Assembly: GCA_036338695.1 (NCBI GenBank)
Contig: JAYZBQ010000010.1
Location: forward strand, 1 to 20,131
Source of the DNA: Myxococcota bacterium
GTDB lineage: Bacteria > Myxococcota > UBA4151
Reading direction: 5' to 3'
DNA: 20,131 nt
Shown: positions 15,688 through 20,131 of the stretch, one piece after another
How positions within the stretch are numbered: the first letter of the stretch is position 1
Layout of the letters: each line of letters opens with the position of its first letter
Made by a program: the position numbers and the translations under genes
The notes under the pieces: generated by a model
Told to the model about the DNA's origin: nothing
Seen by the model: only the letters and a program-made list of their open reading frames with translations
The model's database searches: none

Positions 15688-17958
15688 ATGACACGAACGC
15701 TGATCCCAGCTGCCCTCGCCCTTTTGATCAGCTGCACCGGGGATCAAGTCGTCGTGCGCGAGGTCGAAGCCAAATGTGGTAACGGCGCCGTCGAGGCCGG
15801 CGAGATCTGCGACGACGGCAACGACGTCGAGACCGACGCCTGTACGGGGAGCTGCAAGCGCAACACCTGCGGTGACGGCATTTTGCGGACGGACCTGATC
15901 GAGGGTGAAGACGGCTACGAGGCTTGCGATGACGGCAACCTCGTCGATGAAGACGGCTGCACCGCAGGGTGCGTCGAGGCGCGCTGCGGCGATGGCATCT
16001 TGCGCCTCGATCTCGCTGAAGGTGAAGAGGACTTCGAGGCTTGCGACGACGGCAACAGCGCAGACGATGACGCCTGCCTGAACCGTTGCGTGGTGGCGCG
16101 CTGCGGCGACGGCATCACGCGCGCTGACCTCGCCCAAGAGGACCGCCGCTTCGAAGCCTGTGACGACGGTAATGAGGTCGACACTGACGCCTGCCGCAAC
16201 ACCTGCGAGGCGGCGCGCTGCGGCGATGGGGTCGTGGGACCAGGCGAAGGCTGCGATGACGGGAACCTCAACCCGGCCGACGACTGTGTCGACTGCCAGC
16301 CGGCGTCCTGCGGCGACGGGCGCATTCAGCCTGGCGAGCTCTGCGATGACGGCAACGACGACGACACCGACGCCTGCACCAACCGCTGCGCGCCTGCGAG
16401 CTGCGGCGATGGCGTAGTGCGCGCCAACGCCGAAGGCTGTGATGACGGCAACGGCAACCAGCAAGATGCCTGCACCAATCGATGCGTCCCCGCCCGCTGC
16501 GGTGATGGGATCACCCGGACCGACCTCGCCGCGGGCGAAGCCGGGTTTGAGGCCTGTGACGATGGGAATGCGCTCGACAGCGACGAGTGCACCAACGCCT
16601 GTCAGCCGGCGCGCTGCGGTGACGGGATCGTTGCGCTCTGGGAAGACTGCGATGATGGCAACGCAGTCGACGACGACGCCTGCTCAAATCAATGCGCGGC
16701 GCCTCGCTGCGGGGACGCAATCCTTCAAGAAGGCGAGCGCTGCGATGACGGCAACCGAGTCGACAGCGACACCTGCACCAACGCCTGCCAGCCGGCGCGG
16801 TGCGGTGATGGCATCGTCCAAGCAGGCGTCGAGGCCTGCGATGACGGTAACGCCAGCGACCGAGACCTCTGCACGAACGCCTGCGTTGAGGCGCGCTGCG
16901 GCGACGGGATCCAAGCGCTCTGGGAGGCTTGCGACGACGGCAACAACGTAGACGACGATGACTGCTCCAACGCCTGCCAGGCGGCGCAGTGCGGTGACGG
17001 CATCTTGCAGGGCAATGAAGCCTGCGATGACGGCAACCGCAGCGACGTCGACGGCTGCACCAACGCGTGCCTCGAGGCGCGCTGCGGCGACGGGATCGTG
17101 CGTGAGAACGTGGAGGTCTGCGACGACGGCAACAACGTCGACGGCGACGCCTGCACCAACGCCTGTGAGGTCGCTCGCTGCGGCGACGGGATCGTCCAGG
17201 TCGGCGTCGAAGCGTGCGATGATGGAAACGCAGTCGACACCGACGCCTGCCGCAACCTCTGTGAGGCTGCCCGCTGCGGGGACACGGTCGTGCAAGCGGG
17301 CGTGGAGGTCTGCGACGACGGCAACAACGACGATACCGACGCCTGCACCAACGCCTGCCAAGCGGCGCGCTGCGGTGACCGGATCATCCAAGCGGGCGTC
17401 GAGGGCTGCGACGACGGCAACAACGACGACACCGACGCCTGCACCAACGCCTGCGCCGAGGCGCGCTGCGGTGATGCGATCGTCCGCGCAGGGGTCGAGG
17501 CCTGCGATGACGGCAACAACGACGACACGGACGCGTGTCGCAACACCTGCGTGGCGGCTCGTTGCGGCGACGGGGTGGTGCGCGCAGGTGTCGAGGCTTG
17601 CGACGATGGCAACAACAACAACGACGACGCCTGCCGCAACGACTGCACGCGCGGCGTCGCTACCTACCTAGGGACCATCTCGGTCGGAAACCTGTACCAG
17701 CAGCGTGACGCGCTCGAACAGCACAACCAGCGCTGCCAAGCCCGCTATGGCGGCAACGCCCACCAGTGCACCCGCGCCGAGCTTGAGAACTACAACAACT
17801 GGGGGCAGCTCTGTCAGGACGGAAACGGTGGACACGTGATCGTCAATGACAACCCGCGCTGGAACGATGGGTACGGATGGCTTTACCAGTGCCGCGCCTG
17901 CGGCGGCGGCTCCTGGGGTCAGATCTGCAACGGTCAGCCCGTCCCATGCTGCGGCTAG
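15688..17958 (+). CDS. Lipoprotein with 19 DUF4215-type repeats and a 103-aa Cys-rich C-terminal domain
   Basis: GGGAGG 7 nt before ATG 15688; signal MTRTLIPAALALLISC. Repeats span 15775-17646 and the tip 17647-17955 ends PVPCCG. Confidence 0.9.
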   Translation: MTRTLIPAALALLISCTGDQVVVREVEAKCGNGAVEAGEICDDGNDVETDACTGSCKRNTCGDGILRTDLIEGEDGYEACDDGNLVDEDGCTAGCVEARCGDGILRLDLAEGEEDFEACDDGNSADDDACLNRCVVARCGDGITRADLAQEDRRFEACDDGNEVDTDACRNTCEAARCGDGVVGPGEGCDDGNLNPADDCVDCQPASCGDGRIQPGELCDDGNDDDTDACTNRCAPASCGDGVVRANAEGCDDGNGNQQDACTNRCVPARCGDGITRTDLAAGEAGFEACDDGNALDSDECTNACQPARCGDGIVALWEDCDDGNAVDDDACSNQCAAPRCGDAILQEGERCDDGNRVDSDTCTNACQPARCGDGIVQAGVEACDDGNASDRDLCTNACVEARCGDGIQALWEACDDGNNVDDDDCSNACQAAQCGDGILQGNEACDDGNRSDVDGCTNACLEARCGDGIVRENVEVCDDGNNVDGDACTNACEVARCGDGIVQVGVEACDDGNAVDTDACRNLCEAARCGDTVVQAGVEVCDDGNNDDTDACTNACQAARCGDRIIQAGVEGCDDGNNDDTDACTNACAEARCGDAIVRAGVEACDDGNNDDTDACRNTCVAARCGDGVVRAGVEACDDGNNNNDDACRNDCTRGVATYLGTISVGNLYQQRDALEQHNQRCQARYGGNAHQCTRAELENYNNWGQLCQDGNGGHVIVNDNPRWNDGYGWLYQCRACGGGSWGQICNGQPVPCCG
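15775..17646 (+). repeat. Nineteen tandem coding Cys-rich (DUF4215-type) repeats
   Basis: Counted in the translation; the distal units have an exact 96-bp period (17179, 17275, 17371, 17467, 17563). Confidence 0.92.
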
Positions 17959-18035
17959 GCGCCTCCTACCGCTTGGTGCTTGCGCCGGCTTTCGCTTCAC
18001 GGGTACCGGGCGGGTGATCTCTAGGAGCGATCGGT

Positions 18036-18812
18036 ATGCCGACCCTCATCCTTTTACTCGCCGCCACCGCACCCGAGCGACCGAGCGTCGCCGTCATGGA
18101 TCTCGTGGTCAAAGTGGGCCTCTCAGAGGGCGTCGGCGCGCTCTTGAGCGAGCGCATGACGGCACAGTTTGCCAGCAGCGGTCGGTTCGAGCGCATCATC
18201 GGCGCGAGCGATGTGCGCGACATGCTCGACCTTGAGCAGCAAAAGAACGTGCTTGGCTGCGATGATAGCGGCTGTCTCGCTGAGCTCGGCGGGGCGCTTG
18301 GGGTGCCGTACCTGGTAACCAGCTCCGTCGGGAAGGTCGGCAGCAGGCTGATGCTCAACATCAAGCTGTTGGCGGTCGAAGAGGCGCGCGTCAGCGGGCG
18401 CATCTCGGCGCTCTACGACGATGAAGACCAGCTGGTCGATGGTCTGAGCACCGAGATCAGCCAGATGGTGGTCACTGCCTTTGGCTCGGCGCCCAAGAGC
18501 GTTGCCGGGGGTGGGGCTACGGCGACGCAGCCTTCGGCAGCCAAACCCGCTCCACCGCGTCGGTTTTCATGGCTAGGGATCGGGCTGATCGGCGCAGGAG
18601 CAGGCGCCTTCTATGCGCTCGCTCCCTCGCAGAGCGAGCTGATCCAGGCGCGACAAGATTACGACCAAGCGATGACCGACGAAGAGGTCAACGAGGCGGG
18701 CAACGAAATGGTAACCAAAGCGGATGCGTTTAACTCTGCGCGCTCCCTCGGCTCGCTGTTGTCGATCACCGGGGTCCTCCTCAACGTGTGGGCGTACTGG
18801 AGCACATCATGA
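18036..18812 (+). CDS. Exported protein with CsgG/TolB-N-like alpha/beta domain and two C-terminal hydrophobic helices
   Basis: AGGAG RBS. SVAVMDL...LEQQKNVLGCDDSGCLAELGGALGVPYLVTSSVGKVGSRLMLNIKLL is a pattern typical of myxobacterial proteins of this fold. A linker is followed by WLGIGLIGAGAGAFYAL and LGSLLSITGVLLNVWAYW. Confidence 0.75.
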   Translation: MPTLILLLAATAPERPSVAVMDLVVKVGLSEGVGALLSERMTAQFASSGRFERIIGASDVRDMLDLEQQKNVLGCDDSGCLAELGGALGVPYLVTSSVGKVGSRLMLNIKLLAVEEARVSGRISALYDDEDQLVDGLSTEISQMVVTAFGSAPKSVAGGGATATQPSAAKPAPPRRFSWLGIGLIGAGAGAFYALAPSQSELIQARQDYDQAMTDEEVNEAGNEMVTKADAFNSARSLGSLLSITGVLLNVWAYWSTS

Positions 18813-19993
18813 GCCGACACCTGCTGCTGCTGAGTGCGACGCTGCTGGGCTGCTTACCCATCAGCGTTGAGCGGGATCACCCGATCGAGGGTTACGCGCT
18901 CAATCAATTCGACCCCCAGCACATCGCCGCCACCGGCCAGATCGTATGCGCTGCGACCGGTGCGGACGGCCCGACGCGCTGCTGGGGGGATCTTGGCGCC
19001 CCCTGGAGGACACATGAGCTGCCCTACACGATCCCGGGTGAGGTTGGGCTGGCTCACGTCGCCGTCAGCAGGAACTGGATCTGCGGACTCGATGACAGCG
19101 GGCGGGCGCTGTGCGCAGGACAAGACCCTAACGGTGCGCTTGGCTTATCAAACCCTGTGCCTACGCTCAGCGTGGTGCATGAGGGACCTTTCGCCTCACT
19201 CAAGTCGAGCTCGACGACGACCTGCGGCTTGCTCGAGAACCGAAAGCTCGTCTGCTGGGGCGACACCAGCTACCAAGTCTTTATTGGGCTTGAAGACAGC
19301 AACCAGCGCACCCCCTTTGAGCTCGAGCTCGACGCGGACGACACGGATTTTGATGTGGGCTTGAACCACCTGTGTGCCATCACTCAAAACCCGGCGACTG
19401 TCGTCTGTTGGGGACGCCAGACCACGCAGTCAGAGCCCTTCCCCACGGACCCGCGCCCCGTGTTCGATCTGACCGGACTCCCAATCCCTGATTCCGACGC
19501 GCTCTGTCTGGGCAAAGACCACGCCTGCGCCGTCTTACCGACCGGCGAGAACGGAGCGATGCAGGTGCAGTGCTGGGGTGACAACACCCACGGTCAAGTG
19601 CAGCCAACGAGCCGAGGCGGTCAGCTCAGCCCGCAAACCGTCAACCTCAACATCGTACCCGACCGCGTCTTTTGCGCCGAGGATCACACCTGCGCCGTTG
19701 ATCGCGAACGACGTCAGGTCGAATGTTGGGGTAAAAACAGTGACGGTCAACTCGGCGGTGAGCCGGTTGACGGCATCGCCAAGGTGACCGTTTTGCCCGA
19801 TGTGCCAGAGGGGTGGTTCCAGCTGGTCGGCGGCGAGGACTTCACCTGCGCCGTCGAGCCAAGCCACGTCGGCGGGGTGATGTATTGCTGGGGGAGCAAC
19901 CAGCGAGGTCAGCTCGGCAACCCCGAGGTGAGCGATACGAGTTCTCGCGCCGCCGTGGTGGATTTCCACCACGACAGCCCACGTCAACACTGA
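18809..19993 (+). CDS. RCC1/BLIP-II repeat beta-propeller lipoprotein
   Basis: ATGA overlap with the upstream stop; lipobox LLGC. About seven blades, e.g. LGKDHACAV...VQCWGDNTHGQV and GGEDFTCAV...MYCWGSNQRGQLG. Confidence 0.9.
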   Translation: MSRHLLLLSATLLGCLPISVERDHPIEGYALNQFDPQHIAATGQIVCAATGADGPTRCWGDLGAPWRTHELPYTIPGEVGLAHVAVSRNWICGLDDSGRALCAGQDPNGALGLSNPVPTLSVVHEGPFASLKSSSTTTCGLLENRKLVCWGDTSYQVFIGLEDSNQRTPFELELDADDTDFDVGLNHLCAITQNPATVVCWGRQTTQSEPFPTDPRPVFDLTGLPIPDSDALCLGKDHACAVLPTGENGAMQVQCWGDNTHGQVQPTSRGGQLSPQTVNLNIVPDRVFCAEDHTCAVDRERRQVECWGKNSDGQLGGEPVDGIAKVTVLPDVPEGWFQLVGGEDFTCAVEPSHVGGVMYCWGSNQRGQLGNPEVSDTSSRAAVVDFHHDSPRQH

Positions 19994-19999
19994 GACGCC

Positions 20000-20024
20000 C
20001 CGCGCAAACAGCCTTCGTGCGCGG
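20000..20024. terminator. Possible weak terminator hairpin between convergent genes
   Basis: CCGCGCA-N11-TGCGCGG followed by CTTT on the + strand; large loop and short T-run. Confidence 0.3.
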
Positions 20025-20026
20025 CT

Positions 20027-20131
20027 TTACTCACAAGAGACGTAGAGGGTCTGCGCTCCGGTTCCGCAGGTGCTGCTGCTAAAGCCGCCCCAGTTGTTGT
20101 TGTAGATGCACGGTCTGAGCACGCTGCCCGT
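20027..20131 (-). CDS. C-terminal 34 aa of a gene entering from the right edge (Cys-containing, probably extracellular)
   Basis: The reverse strand reads TGSVLRPCIYNNNWGGFSSSTCGTGAQTLYVSCE then TAA, with mostly G/C third positions. Absent from the ORF track. Confidence 0.65.
   Translation of the reverse strand, partial: TGSVLRPCIYNNNWGGFSSSTCGTGAQTLYVSCE

Noticed and set aside
15775..17646. CRISPR-like periodic TGCGACGACGGCAAC motif
   Set aside because: The repeats are in-frame coding units with synonymous variation and homologous intervening sequence; no cas genes are present.
17647..17958. Diversity-generating retroelement target (lectin-like C-terminus with AAC codons)
   Set aside because: No reverse transcriptase and no second copy differing only at adenines in this window. 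A remote template repeat cannot be excluded without the rest of the genome.

Overview
GC-rich, gene-dense bacterial DNA, most likely Myxococcota or a related deltaproteobacterium (inferred from Myxococcus cysteine-rich DUF4215-type repeats, RCC1-repeat lipoproteins and a CsgG/TolB-N-like protein). The main signal is three lipoproteins built on a CGDG...CDDGN...C...C repeat stalk, each with an unrelated C-terminal tip: a PPC-like domain plus RCC1 propeller, a 141-aa unknown domain, and a 103-aa Cys-rich, possibly lectin-like domain. Two of them are paralogs whose first eight repeats are colinear. One is interrupted by a single in-frame TGA, which the ORF track shows as two ORFs. Between them lie a NAPE-PLD/RomA-like metallo-hydrolase, a putative beta-barrel plus CxxC thioredoxin-fold lipoprotein pair and a DUF2891 protein. 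A minus-strand run follows: two membrane proteins, a sterol desaturase/fatty-acid hydroxylase, a putative beta-barrel, a CysJ-like diflavin reductase with no adjacent CysI, and a lipid-anchored azurin. Partial genes sit at both edges. No RNA genes, CRISPR array, transposase or reverse transcriptase were recognised.
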